Positions 8,403 to 18,840 are shown, counted from the first letter of the stretch. The stretch is 64,000 nt of DNA from an uncultured Candidatus Rokubacteria bacterium (GCA_963708025.1 CAVPSB010000016.1:256001-320000), one strand, 5' to 3'. Made by a program: numbers and translations. The notes: generated by a model not told the origin, from the sequence alone.

Positions 8403-11129
8403 GTGACGCCTGAGACGGACGGGCCCGGCGGCGGACGCGAGCAGCCCGAGCTGCGCGCGCTCCTCGACACGGTCAAGCGCATCGCCGCGCTCACCCCGCC
8501 GGCCCTCCTGCTCGAGCTGATCGCCGACGCCGCCGCCCGGCTGCTGGGCTTCGAGACGGGCGGCTTCAGGCTGGTGGAGGGCGACGAGCTGGTGGTGGCC
8601 GGCCAGTGGGGCGATCCGGTCATGGTCCGGCCGCGCCTGAAGATCGGCGAGAGCCTGTCCGGCCGGGTGGCGGCGACCGGCGAGGTCCTCATCGTCGAGG
8701 ACCTGCAGAACGACCCCCGGCTCGACACGCTACACCGGGACGCCGACCGGCGGCTCGGCTACCACACCTTCGTCGGGGTGCCGCTCCGGATCGGGAGCCG
8801 CGTCACCGGTGTCCTGATCCTCCGCTCCCGGGCCCGCCGCGTCATCAGCCCGGACGAGACCGCGGTCGTCCAGGCCTTCGCCGACCACGCGGCCATCGCG
8901 CTCGAGAACGCGCGGCTGTATGCCGCCGAGCAGCGCCAGCGCCACCAGGCCGAGGCGCTGACGGAGATCGCCCGGGACGTCTCGGCCGCGCTCGACCGGG
9001 ACACGGTGCTGCAGCGGGTGGTCGAGCACGCCCGGCGCCTCTGCCGGGCCGACGTCGTCAGCCTGGCACTCTGCCAGCCCGGCGGCGATGCGGCCGTCGT
9101 GGCCAGGACCGGGCATCGCACGGACGCGTTCGACCGGCTGGTGATCCGGCCGGGGCGCGGGCTGGCCGGCCAGGTCCTCGCCACCCGGGAGCCGGTGGCG
9201 AGCCCCGACCGCCTCGCCGACCCCCGCTGGCCGCCTGACGAGCCGGCCCGGATCGAGGAGCTGCGGGCCACGGCCTCGCTGCCGGTGCTGGCCGGCGACA
9301 CGCTGCTCGGCGTCCTCTCGGTGCACCGCCGGACCCCCGAGCCGTTCCATCCGCTCGACGTGAGCACCATCGAGGCGCTCGCCCGCCACGCCGCGGTCGC
9401 CATCCAGAACGCCGCCCTGTACGAGACCGCTCAATCACGCGCGGCCGAGCTCCAGCTGCTCCGGCGCATCGGACTGGATCTCTCACGCTCGCTCGATTTG
9501 CCGCGCGTGCTCCAGAACATCGTCGACGCCGCGCGCGAGGGAGCCGGCAGCGACGCGGCCTTCTGCGCCGTCGTGGATCCGGCCACCCTCGACGTGGAGA
9601 CGGTCGCCTCCACGGGAGCGCTGTCCACCGCGTTCGCCCGCTACCGCATCCGGCCCGGTCAGGGCGTCGGCGGGTGGTTCCTCCTGCACAAGCGGCCCTT
9701 CCGGACCGACGACTACCTGAGCGACCCCCGCTTCGCCCACACGTTCGACGAGGCGGCCCGGACCGAGCGCATCGTCACCAGCCTCGGCGTCCCGATCCTC
9801 CACCAGGACCAGCTCACCGGCGTCCTCTGGGTCTTCAACCGGACCCGGCGGCCGTTCACGGACAGGGACGAGGCGTTCCTGGCCGGCCTCGGCGACCACG
9901 CGGCGGTGGCGATCGCCAACGCGCGCGCGCACGCCGAGCGGCAGCGGGCCCTGGAAGAGCTACAGGCCTCGCAGGACCGGCTCGTCCAGACCGAGCGGCT
10001 CCGGGCGCTCGGCGAGATGGCGAGCGGGGTGGCGCACGACTTCAACAACCTGCTGGCGGTGATCCTGGGACGGGTCCAGCTCCTGCTGATGCGGGTCTCC
10101 GAGGTCGATCTCCGCCGGGGACTCCAGATCATCGAGCGCGCGGCGACCGACGCCGCCCACACCGTGCAGCGCATCCAGGAGTTCACGCGGACCCGTCAGA
10201 CCCGGGTCTTCGAGCCGATCGACCTCGGCCGGATCGTCCGGGAGGCGCTGGAGCTGACCCGAGGCCGCTGGAAGGACGAGGCGCAGATCCGGGGCGTCAC
10301 CTACGCCGTCACGACCGAGCTGGCGGAGGTGCCGCCGATCGCCGGGGAGGCCGCCGAGCTGCGCGAGGTGTTCACGAACCTGCTGCTCAACGCGGTCGAC
10401 GCCATGCCGGACGGCGGCCGCATTCACCTGGCGGTGCGGCCGGTGGACGGCGCGGTCCTGGCCACGGTCCGCGACACGGGCCCGGGCATGCCGCCCGAGG
10501 TCCGGGAGCGCGTCTTCGAGCCATTCTTCACCACCAAGGGGCCCCGCAGCACGGGGCTGGGTCTGAGCGTCGCCTACGGGATCGTCCAGCGGCACGGCGG
10601 CCGCATCGAGGTGGAGAGCGTCCCGGGCCACGGCGCCACGTTCACCCTGCGGCTCCCGGCCGTCGAGGGGATCCGGAGAGAGTCGGTCCCGGCCGAGCCG
10701 CCGGTGCCGGCGCTGGCCGGCGGCTTCCCGGCCCGGGTGCTCGTGATCGACGACGAACCCAGCGTGCGCGAGGTCATCGTGGACATCCTGCGCTCCGCCG
10801 GCCACATCCCCCTCGCCGCCGAGGACGGACCCAGCGGCCTGGCGCTCCTCGAGCGCGTGGGCACGCCGGATCTCGCGCTGATCGACCTCGGGCTCCCCGG
10901 GATGTCGGGCTGGGAGGTCGCCGCCCGGCTCCGCCAGAGCCGGCCCCACGTGCCGCTGGTCCTGGTGACGGGCTGGGGGGATCGGCTCGATCCGGCCGAG
11001 CTGGAACGAAGCGGCATCTGTCAGGTCATCGCCAAGCCGTTCCAGACCGCCCAGGTCTTGCGGGTCGTGGCGGAACGGACCGGCTGGCAGTCGTCGCCGG
11101 ACGACCGGTCAGGTCGGCAATCGAACTAG
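8403..11129 (+). CDS. Hybrid sensor histidine kinase (3 GAF, HisKA, HATPase, REC)
   Basis: Three GAF repeats ending AAIALENARLY, AAVAIQNAALY and AAVAIANA; H-box VAHDFNNLL; FEPFFTTK...GLGLS; receiver VIDDE...DLGLPGMSG...KPF. Confidence 0.93.
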   Translation: MTPETDGPGGGREQPELRALLDTVKRIAALTPPALLLELIADAAARLLGFETGGFRLVEGDELVVAGQWGDPVMVRPRLKIGESLSGRVAATGEVLIVEDLQNDPRLDTLHRDADRRLGYHTFVGVPLRIGSRVTGVLILRSRARRVISPDETAVVQAFADHAAIALENARLYAAEQRQRHQAEALTEIARDVSAALDRDTVLQRVVEHARRLCRADVVSLALCQPGGDAAVVARTGHRTDAFDRLVIRPGRGLAGQVLATREPVASPDRLADPRWPPDEPARIEELRATASLPVLAGDTLLGVLSVHRRTPEPFHPLDVSTIEALARHAAVAIQNAALYETAQSRAAELQLLRRIGLDLSRSLDLPRVLQNIVDAAREGAGSDAAFCAVVDPATLDVETVASTGALSTAFARYRIRPGQGVGGWFLLHKRPFRTDDYLSDPRFAHTFDEAARTERIVTSLGVPILHQDQLTGVLWVFNRTRRPFTDRDEAFLAGLGDHAAVAIANARAHAERQRALEELQASQDRLVQTERLRALGEMASGVAHDFNNLLAVILGRVQLLLMRVSEVDLRRGLQIIERAATDAAHTVQRIQEFTRTRQTRVFEPIDLGRIVREALELTRGRWKDEAQIRGVTYAVTTELAEVPPIAGEAAELREVFTNLLLNAVDAMPDGGRIHLAVRPVDGAVLATVRDTGPGMPPEVRERVFEPFFTTKGPRSTGLGLSVAYGIVQRHGGRIEVESVPGHGATFTLRLPAVEGIRRESVPAEPPVPALAGGFPARVLVIDDEPSVREVIVDILRSAGHIPLAAEDGPSGLALLERVGTPDLALIDLGLPGMSGWEVAARLRQSRPHVPLVLVTGWGDRLDPAELERSGICQVIAKPFQTAQVLRVVAERTGWQSSPDDRSGRQSN

Positions 11130-11194
11130 GGGAGCGTCGCCGTATGCCCTGTCGCCTTCCGTGCGAGGCGAGCCGTCAAGGGCGTCCGAGTGGC

Positions 11195-11243
11195 GAAGAA
11201 ACCAAGGGCGGGGCCGAGGAACGTCGCAACCTCGGCCCCGCCC
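11195..11243 (-). terminator. Intrinsic terminator-like hairpin between convergent genes
   Basis: Perfect 14-bp stem gggcggggccgagg/cctcggccccgccc, followed on the minus strand by ttggtttcttc. Confidence 0.7.
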
Positions 11244-11262
11244 CGAGACCGGTGATCCTGGC

Positions 11263-11610
11263 CTACTCGAAGCGACGCGGCGTGGACTGGGGGGTGACGA
11301 CCTCCGGCAGGTGCTGGTTGTAGCGCTGCGCATCCTCGGCCGTCAGGCCGAACCACTCCGGCCCCAGACCACCCAGGAGATAGAAGGGCCGGACCAGCGC
11401 GACGTCGAGCACGACCCCGATCGGGTGGAGCGCGAACGCCAGCGCGCGGAACGGATGCCCGTAGCCGCCGGGGTTCGTGTCGTAGCCATCGGGCAATGCC
11501 CTCGGGAAGCCATTCCAGGAGGCGTCCCTGTTGTCCTTGAGCTGCGCCGCAGAGCAACCCGCCCCGATCAGGGCCGCCAGCAACAGCACCGCGAGAACTT
11601 TACCGCGCAT
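11263..11610 (-). CDS. Hypothetical lipoprotein
   Basis: MRGKVLAVLLLAALIGAGC lipobox-type signal; ggag RBS. Confidence 0.7.
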   Translation of the reverse strand: MRGKVLAVLLLAALIGAGCSAAQLKDNRDASWNGFPRALPDGYDTNPGGYGHPFRALAFALHPIGVVLDVALVRPFYLLGGLGPEWFGLTAEDAQRYNQHLPEVVTPQSTPRRFE

Positions 11611-11920
11611 CGCCGCTCCTCCCCGCCGCCGTGGTCAGCGTCAGAAAATTCGGAGGGGCCGCTCCCCTCCCATTTGGATCCCAGCACCCGGATCCCGCGC
11701 ATCGATCGACACGCCTGTCAATGCCCGGCCACCATAGCACGCTCGCCGAAGCGCTCCCAAGAGTTTTCGCCTGGGAGCGAATCCGCGGAGTGGCGCGCCC
11801 CTCGGCGCCCGAAATGTTGGCCGCCCCGCCCTTCCGGGGTAGACTGTGGCGTCGTTCACCTGCCACCCGGGAGGGCCTACCGGTGTCCGTGAGGCATTCG
11901 AGGCATTCGAGGACTCGGTG

Positions 11921-13843
11921 ATGAGCTGGCTGAAGCGGAAGCGGCCGACGTCCACCGACCCCACCTCCGAGTCCAAGGGCCCCCTCACCCCCGATCCCCC
12001 CCCGATGGTAGCGCTTCCCGAGGCCTCCACCCCCCCGACGGAGACCCCGGGCCCCGGCGACAGCGAGGGGGCGGCCGGTCGTGAGCCCGCCCTCCGGCTC
12101 GAAGACATCATGCGGGTCCAGGCGGTCACCGCCAGCCTCCTGACCAAGAAGGTCACCCCCCGTGAGCTGTTCCGCCACATCGTCAACGGCGCGGCGGACT
12201 GCCTGAACGCCGACGAGGCCTCCCTCATGCTCGTCGAGGGCGAGGAGCTGCGGGTGGTGTCGGCCCGGAAGGCGGGCGAGCACATCACGGTGCGGATCGG
12301 TCGGATCAAGATCGGCGAGGGGGTGGCGGGCTGGGTCGCCCGCGAAGGCCAGGCCCTCCTCCTCAACGAGGGCGACGACTTCTCTCGGTTCACCAACTTC
12401 ACGCCCAAGGGCGGGCGCATCACCTCCGCCGTCTCGGTGCCGCTCCACGTCGAGGGTCGCGTGGTCGGCGTCCTGAACGCGAACCGCCTGGCCGGGGCCG
12501 AGAGGTTCACCTCGGAAGACGTCGCCGTCCTCCGGCTCTTCGCCGACACCGCGGCGCTGGCCATCGACCAGACGAACCTCCTGCAGACGGTCCAGACGCG
12601 GGCCCGGTCGCTCCAGACGCTCTTGTCTGTCACCGACGCCTTCGCGTCGGCGAACGATCCCGACGCGGCGCTCGTCAGGCTGATGCCAGGGCTCGGCGAG
12701 ACCTTCCACCCGACGCTGGTGCTGGCGTTCCTCGGCTCCGCGGCGGCGGGCGGACTCCCCGCCGTGGCGGAATGGACCCCTCGGGGGGGCCCGGGGGCGG
12801 CCGACCGGCTCGCGGGAATCAGCCTGACGACGACCGGCGAGGTGACGGCGGCGTTCCAGGCCAGCGGGCCGGCCTACCTCACCGTCCCCCCGCTCCAGGG
12901 CAATGTCGCCCGCCACACCCTCCTCCCGGCCCGCCTGCTGCTGGTCCCGGTCGGGGCCCTCGACACGCCGTCCCGGTGCGCGCTGCTGCTGGGCTGGGAA
13001 GACCCGATGTTCGCCGTGCCGGCCGAGGACCTGAACGTGCTGGAAGGCCTGGCCCGCCAGCTCGACATGGCGCTCTCGCATCAGGATCGGACCGCGGCGG
13101 TGGATGCGCTCGAGGCCGAGATGGCGCAGGCCCGCGCGCACCTCATGGAGGCGGAGCGGCTGGCGACCGTGGGCCAGAGCATGGCCGGGGTCGTCCACGA
13201 CATCAACGCGCCCCTGACGGCCGTCACCGCCTTCGCGCAGCTCATCCAGAAGGAGTCGTCGGACGAGAAGAGCCGCGAGCGGGCCGGTCACATCATGGAG
13301 GCGGCGACGCGGGCGCAGCGGCTGGTCCGCGAGCTGCTGAAGATGGCTCGGCCGCAGCCGCCGACCTTCGAGCTGGTGCAGCTCCACCAGCTCCTGCAGG
13401 TCGCCATGGATCTCGAGCGCCCGCAGTGCGCCGTGTCCGGGATCAAGCTGGTGGCCGCCTTCGATCCCGCGCTGCCCCAGGTCAAGGCCGATCCCCACCG
13501 GCTGGGTCAGGTCTTCATCAACCTGCTCGTCAACGCGCGCCAGGCCATGGATTCGGCCGAGAAGGGCACCTCGATCACCGTCCAGACCCGGCGGCTCGAG
13601 CGCGTGGTGGAGATCCGCTTCACGGACGACGGCCCCGGGATCCCGCCGGCCATCAAGCAGAAGATCTTCGACTGGTTCTTCACGACCAAGCCGCCGGGCG
13701 AAGGCACCGGACTGGGCCTCGCGGTCTCCCGGGAGATCCTCCTCGCCCATGGAGGCAACCTCCGGGTCGAGGACACGGTCGACGGCGGCGCGACCTTCAT
13801 CCTCGATGTCCCGCTGCCGGAAGCCGGCAGCCCTACCCGCTAG
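11921..13843 (+). CDS. GAF-domain sensor histidine kinase
   Basis: GAF motif IGEGVAGWVA; H-box VVHDINAPL; QVFINLLVNA, DDGPGI, FFTTKPPGEGTGLGL. Confidence 0.9.
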   Translation: MSWLKRKRPTSTDPTSESKGPLTPDPPPMVALPEASTPPTETPGPGDSEGAAGREPALRLEDIMRVQAVTASLLTKKVTPRELFRHIVNGAADCLNADEASLMLVEGEELRVVSARKAGEHITVRIGRIKIGEGVAGWVAREGQALLLNEGDDFSRFTNFTPKGGRITSAVSVPLHVEGRVVGVLNANRLAGAERFTSEDVAVLRLFADTAALAIDQTNLLQTVQTRARSLQTLLSVTDAFASANDPDAALVRLMPGLGETFHPTLVLAFLGSAAAGGLPAVAEWTPRGGPGAADRLAGISLTTTGEVTAAFQASGPAYLTVPPLQGNVARHTLLPARLLLVPVGALDTPSRCALLLGWEDPMFAVPAEDLNVLEGLARQLDMALSHQDRTAAVDALEAEMAQARAHLMEAERLATVGQSMAGVVHDINAPLTAVTAFAQLIQKESSDEKSRERAGHIMEAATRAQRLVRELLKMARPQPPTFELVQLHQLLQVAMDLERPQCAVSGIKLVAAFDPALPQVKADPHRLGQVFINLLVNARQAMDSAEKGTSITVQTRRLERVVEIRFTDDGPGIPPAIKQKIFDWFFTTKPPGEGTGLGLAVSREILLAHGGNLRVEDTVDGGATFILDVPLPEAGSPTR

Positions 13844-13979
13844 ATCATTCGGGGGGGGGTCTCGGAAGACCCCCCCGATCCCCCCCGTCGTGGCGGCGGC
13901 GAAGCCGCCGCTCGGACGCTTTTCACGGCTGACCTTGCATTGGAACGCGACACGCGCATACTCCCACGGACTAGACTAG
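13840..13979 (+). repeat. Double-hairpin repeat, copy 3 (long form, CTAG at both ends)
   Basis: ctagatcattc-G9-tctcggaagacccccccga...gcggcggcgaagccgccgctcggacg...gaacgcgacacg...ggactagactag. Confidence 0.9.
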
Positions 13980-14191
13980 CCGGCTCGGCCGCGGGAGCGC
14001 TCTAGCAGCCGCCGTAGATAGCTTTCCAGCTCGACCAGGACGGTGCGCTTGACGACGACCCCGACCGGCTCGACGGGCTCGCCGGTCCCCGGGCGGTGGA
14101 CGAGCAGCGTGCCCTCGAACGCCTCGGCCCGGTCGTCGGTCGCCGCGAGCTGCCGGATGCCCAGGATCTCCCACCGTTCGGCCACACTCAC
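13976..14191 (-). CDS. Small hypothetical protein
   Basis: GTG start with ggaggga RBS; VAERWEILGIRQL...VKRTVLVELESYLRRLLERSR. Confidence 0.6.
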   Translation of the reverse strand: MSVAERWEILGIRQLAATDDRAEAFEGTLLVHRPGTGEPVEPVGVVVKRTVLVELESYLRRLLERSRGRAG

Positions 14192-14268
14192 CCTGGCTCC
14201 CTCCCGTCGCGCATTAGGCCGGGCTCGTCTCACGCACGCCGGGCTCGCCCGGGCGTGGCTCGTCCAGT

Positions 14269-15543
14269 CTACCGCGGAGCCGGCGCCGCCGGCATCGCGA
14301 CCCGCAGCACCTCCTCCAGCGTGGTCAGCCCGCGGACGACCTTCCCGAGGCCGTCGTCGAACAGCGTCGGGAGCCGGGCGCCTCGCACCGCCTCGTGAAA
14401 CTGGCGGCCGCCCGCCTCGCGCGCGAGGAGGTCCCGGGTCTTGTCGTCGAGCGGGAGCAGCTCGTAGATCCCGGTCCGGCCGAGGTACCCGGTGTGCCGG
14501 CAGCGCGCACAGCCTCGGCCGCGGACGAGCGTGTCGCCCGCCTCGCGCAGGAGCGGCAGCTCGGCCTGCAGCGCCGAGGGGACCTCGGCCGGGATCCGGC
14601 AGGCTGGGCAGACGAGACGGACCAGCCGCTGGGCGACGACGCCGATCGTCGAGGCGGCGAGCAGGTAGGGATCGACCCCGAGGTTCACGAGGCGCAGGAT
14701 CGCGCTGGCCGCGTCGTTGGTGTGCATGGTGCTCAGCAGGAGGTGCCCGGTCAGCGAGGCGCGGACGGCGACGTCGGCTGTCTCGGCGTCGCGGATCTCG
14801 CCCAGCATGACGATGTTCGGGTCCTGCCGGAGGATCGCGCGAAGCGACCCGGCGAAGGTGAGCCCGACCCGCTCGTTGATCTGGATCTGGTTGATCCCGG
14901 CGATCTCGTACTCGACCGGATCCTCGACGGAGATGATGTTGAGGTGCTCCGACCGAAGCCGGTGGATGCAGGCGCGAAGCGTCGTGGTCTTGCCGCAGCC
15001 GGTCGGCCCGGTCACGAGGATCATCCCGTGCGAGTGGCCGAGCATCGCGCCGACCAGCGCGAGCTGCGTCTCGTCGAAGCCCAGCTCCTCGAGCGCCAGG
15101 AGTCCGCGCCCGGACTCGAACAGCCGCAGCACGACCTTTTCCCCGTGCCGGCAGGGCAGCGTGGAGACGCGCAGGTGCGCCTCCCCGCCGGGCGCCCGCA
15201 GGCGGATGTGGCCGTCCTGCGGCACCCGGCGCTCGGCGATGTCGAGGTTGGCCATGACCTTGATCCGGGAGACAACCGCCGCGTGGAGGGCCAGCGGCAG
15301 CTCGCGGCTCGTGACGAGGAAGCCATCGACGCGCGTCCGGACCAGCATCCGATCCGCGTGCGGCTCGATGTGGACGTCGCTGGCGCCCTCGGCCAGGCCC
15401 TGGCGGATCAGGTCGTCCACGATGCGGATCACCGGCTCGGCGACGTCGAGGCGGACCGGCGGCGCGGCCGCGCGAGGCGGCCGGCCGTTGGCCGGCGGAG
15501 CGGCCGGGGGCGTCGGAGGCGCGACGTCCGAGGATTGGGCCAT
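14269..15543 (-). CDS. GspE/PulE/PilB-family secretion/pilus assembly ATPase lacking the N-terminal MshEN domain
   Basis: GASDVHIEP, LDIAERRVPQDG, Walker A GPTGCGKTT, SVEDPVEY, LRQDPNIVMLGEIRD, STMHTN, Zn motif CPAC...CARC. Confidence 0.92.
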   Translation of the reverse strand: MAQSSDVAPPTPPAAPPANGRPPRAAAPPVRLDVAEPVIRIVDDLIRQGLAEGASDVHIEPHADRMLVRTRVDGFLVTSRELPLALHAAVVSRIKVMANLDIAERRVPQDGHIRLRAPGGEAHLRVSTLPCRHGEKVVLRLFESGRGLLALEELGFDETQLALVGAMLGHSHGMILVTGPTGCGKTTTLRACIHRLRSEHLNIISVEDPVEYEIAGINQIQINERVGLTFAGSLRAILRQDPNIVMLGEIRDAETADVAVRASLTGHLLLSTMHTNDAASAILRLVNLGVDPYLLAASTIGVVAQRLVRLVCPACRIPAEVPSALQAELPLLREAGDTLVRGRGCARCRHTGYLGRTGIYELLPLDDKTRDLLAREAGGRQFHEAVRGARLPTLFDDGLGKVVRGLTTLEEVLRVAMPAAPAPR

Positions 15544-15875
15544 GCCGGTTCCCGATGCACGCGAAGTGCCCGCCGCCGAGCGCGGGCTGGCGTGCATTCC
15601 GGCGCGGCGGCCGGTCCCGGCCGGTACACGCTGTCGACGAAGACTGACGGCGATCGGCGCGGGGACTACGCGAGAAAGGTCGGAAAGCCGATGGCCGGGA
15701 TGCTACAGCGGGGGGCCAGCCGGGTCACAGACGGGCTCCGTAGACAGAGGGGCTCGTAGCACCTGGCCCCCGCCGCCCAGCCCTCATGGGGCCGCCGGTG
15801 GGAGGGAGCTCGCGTACTCGAGCAGGCGCTGACGGCGCTCTCCCATCTCCCGAGACTCGTGAACGCTGGAGCAGG

Positions 15876-15980
15876 CACTACGAGGGCACCGTCAATCAGG
15901 TGATGGGCGACGGGATCACGGCGCTGTTCGGCGCGTCCGTCGCGCCCGAGGACCACGCGGTGCGGGCCTGTTTGGCATGC
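15876..15980 (+). pseudogene. Isolated fragment of a class III adenylate/guanylate cyclase
   Basis: HYEGTVNQVMGDGITALFGASVAPEDHAVRACLA matches the class III cyclase GDG...FGAP...DHA segment; no flanking homologous sequence. Confidence 0.7.
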
Positions 15981-16563
15981 GTGAGTCCCTGGGGGTCACG
16001 GAGGACCGGGCGCCGGAGCGGCCCGACCCGCGCCCTCGCGCGCTCACGCGGATGTCGGCACGGGTCCGGACGGAGTCCGCGTCCGTGTACGCCCCGTATC
16101 GGTCCCTGAACACGGCGCGTCGGCGCGTGCGGCCTCCGCGGACTGCAACCGCGCCACCGAACAGCGAACCCCGGTGCGGCGCCCGCCGGGCATGGTCCCG
16201 CGCTCGCGCCGCGGCCGATGCCTGCGTCGTGCGCCGCCCTGCCGAGTACGAGCTCCGCATGCCCGAAACGTCGATCCTCGGCATGATGGGAAAGCGCTTG
16301 CCGAGAAAGCGAACCGCGCTGCAGCATGGCGCGCTTGGCGGCGGAGTGCCGATACGGTCGTCTGAAACGGCGAGCCCGGCGCGCCCCGGCCCGCCCGCTG
16401 AGCGCGGCGAGCCGCAGCAGCCGGACGCGGACCCGTGCCCCATCGCCGACGTCAGGTGGCTCGATCCTTGCTGGTCCACCCCCCTTTGACTCAGTATCGG
16501 CGCGGATGCCGAGGGCGGGCCCCCCCTCGGCTGCTGGCGATCCCATACCCACGAGGAGGCGAC

Positions 16564-17883
16564 ATGGGAGCGACCGAGACCCGACGTCGTGAGGACGGCC
16601 CTCCCCGCAGGGCGATCGTCCTTGGGGTGAGCGGCCATCCCCGCGCCGTGGCCGCCGTCCGGTCCCTGGGACGGGCGGGCATTCCCATCATCGGGATCAG
16701 ACGCAGGGCATGCCTACAAGACTGCTACTCGCGCTACCTTCGAGAGAAGTTCGTGGTCGACCCCACCCCGGACGAACTGCTCCCCTTCCTCGAGTCCGTC
16801 GGGCAGCGCGGGGGCGGCGTGCTCTTCGCAGCCGACGACGACTACCTCATCCTCGTGGCCAAGCATGCTGACTCCCTGTCCCGGCATTTCGTCCTGACGA
16901 TACCGCCGTGGGAGATCCTGAGCCGGGTGATGGACCACGCTCGCCTCTACGAAATCGCACATCAGGTGGGATTGAGCACGCCGATTCTCTTCAAGCCTCG
17001 TGACGAGACGGACCTCAGGCGAGTCGTCACCAGTCTCGATCTCGCCAATCGTGAGTATCTGCTCAAGACGATTCCGGGTACGGCTCCCGCTGAGTCGAGC
17101 AACGGGCGGTTCACCAAGATCGCGGGAGCCGACCCGGCGACGGTAGAGGCCAACTGTCTCGAGATCTTCTCCCGGCTGGGCGACTATCCGATGATCGTGG
17201 AGGTCGTACCGGGAGAGGCGAACCAGTGCATCGGGGTGACGATGGTGGTCGACCGCAGCCACCGGCCTCTGCTGGCCTACTGCATGAAACGCCTGAAGCT
17301 TCAGACGTACTCTCGGGGAGGATTCGTTCATCCCTACGAGCTGGGCTCCAACGTGTACTGCGAGAGCGTTCACGACGAGGAGGCGGTGCAGGCCGCGACG
17401 CGGCTAATGAGCGCCGCGAGATACTACGGGCTGGTCACGGTCGAGTTTCGGCGCGACTCGAGGAGCCAGCAGCTCATCCTGATCAAGGCCGATCCCCGGT
17501 TCATCCGGTTGACGAGCCTCTCGACAGCTTTGGGAATGGACACGCCCACCGGCCTCTACCACCTTTTCCTGCGGGGAGATCTCGAGGCGGCGCAGACCTT
17601 TCCCGATGGGATCGCCTGGCTCTGGGAGACGATGTACCTGGAGTCGCTGTGGAACAACCGGGGGGACCGTCCCGTTCGCCAGGATCTGTTCGCCCTCTGC
17701 CGCCGCGCCCGTCGAATCAAGGCGTTCGGGCATCTCAGCCTCCTTGATCCGCTGCCGTTTCTCATGCACGCGCAGTGGCGCGGACGAGTGTGGGCCGGAG
17801 ATCGGGTCCGCGGCGTCGTGCGACGAGGCGCCGAGGCAGTCCGGCGGCGTGCTCCCCGTGTTGTGTCCCCCCTCGGCGACTGA
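16564..17883 (+). CDS. ATP-grasp carboxylate-amine ligase (D-aspartate ligase-like)
   Basis: RBS gaggagg; AVRSLGRAGI, SRY, GVLFAADD, IVEVVPG, YYGLVTVEFRRD, DPLPF. Confidence 0.8.
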   Translation: MGATETRRREDGPPRRAIVLGVSGHPRAVAAVRSLGRAGIPIIGIRRRACLQDCYSRYLREKFVVDPTPDELLPFLESVGQRGGGVLFAADDDYLILVAKHADSLSRHFVLTIPPWEILSRVMDHARLYEIAHQVGLSTPILFKPRDETDLRRVVTSLDLANREYLLKTIPGTAPAESSNGRFTKIAGADPATVEANCLEIFSRLGDYPMIVEVVPGEANQCIGVTMVVDRSHRPLLAYCMKRLKLQTYSRGGFVHPYELGSNVYCESVHDEEAVQAATRLMSAARYYGLVTVEFRRDSRSQQLILIKADPRFIRLTSLSTALGMDTPTGLYHLFLRGDLEAAQTFPDGIAWLWETMYLESLWNNRGDRPVRQDLFALCRRARRIKAFGHLSLLDPLPFLMHAQWRGRVWAGDRVRGVVRRGAEAVRRRAPRVVSPLGD

Positions 17884-18569
17884 AGCCGGCCAGACGGATT
17901 CCCTCGGACACGGCCTCAGCGGGTTGCCCGAGTCGGCGGGATGCTGGTCGCCCCCCGGGACGACGGCCGAGAGGAGGCTTCCGTTGAGTATCCCACGCAG
18001 CTTCACGAGCTTGGGCTGGCCGGATCGGGACGGTATCCGCATGGGACCGCCCAACAGGCCGCGCCGCGCCATCTCGCGCCGGCCGCGCCGGGCGGAGCCT
18101 GTCAACAAGAATGAGAGGGCGGCCCCACTGCGTCGCCACCAGAAGCGCCGATCAGTCTGACGGAACGACCAAGCAGAGGGCATTCGCAGTGTCACGCTAC
18201 TCTGTGACGGAGAGCGTCCTCCCATTTGGGAAGAACGTCGCCCGCCCTCCTTTCCCTCCGTATCGAATCGACTCAGCGTCGTAGCCCTGGCTCGTCATAT
18301 GGTGGCGACACGGCCGATCGCAAGCGGCCGAGCCCCACAAGAGATCTTGTCCTGCGTTCCGATCGACTACATGGTGCTCGTTCCGCGCTGTACGAAGGCG
18401 ATACATCCTTGCCTTGACTAGCCCGTCGTCCGAACGATCACCAAGGGTACCTAACCGGTATCTCGTTTGCTTGCCTGGAGCCATCTTTGGTGATCGCCAC
18501 GGAATGGGCCGTGCTCACCAGGACCGCGCGTAGTCCGGAGTCTCGTATGGGAGCAGAAGGAGGAGGCGC

Positions 18570-18824
18570 ATGAAAGCACTGGCGTTGCTCGTCGCGCTCC
18601 TGCTGAGCGTATCGATCGTCTCAGCGGCCGGGAACGAAGTGCAGGGCAAAGTCAAGCAGTGGGATGCTGCGACCCAGACGATCACGCTCGAAGACGGCAC
18701 GCAGCTGACCGTGCCTGCCACCGTCAAGGAGAGCGCTCAGATCAAGGAAGGGGCGATGGTCAAGGCTAGCTACGAGGAGAAGGACGGCAAGAAGGTCATC
18801 TCCAAGATAGAGGTCGCCCCTTAA
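18570..18824 (+). CDS. Small secreted OB-fold protein (DUF1344-like)
   Basis: RBS aggaggagg; signal peptide; GKVKQWDAATQTITLEDG...IKEGAMVKASYEEKDGKKVI. Confidence 0.85.
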   Translation: MKALALLVALLLSVSIVSAAGNEVQGKVKQWDAATQTITLEDGTQLTVPATVKESAQIKEGAMVKASYEEKDGKKVISKIEVAP

Positions 18825-18840
18825 CGCGCAGCCCATCATG

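Noticed and set aside
11891-11912. gaggcattc tandem repeat upstream of the kinase
   Set aside because: Only about 2.4 units; cannot be distinguished from chance or slippage.
17900-18560. ncRNA in the long intergenic region, including the dyad gtcac-N8-gtgac near 18191
   Set aside because: No recognisable RNA family or strong structure; the dyad is too short to support alone.
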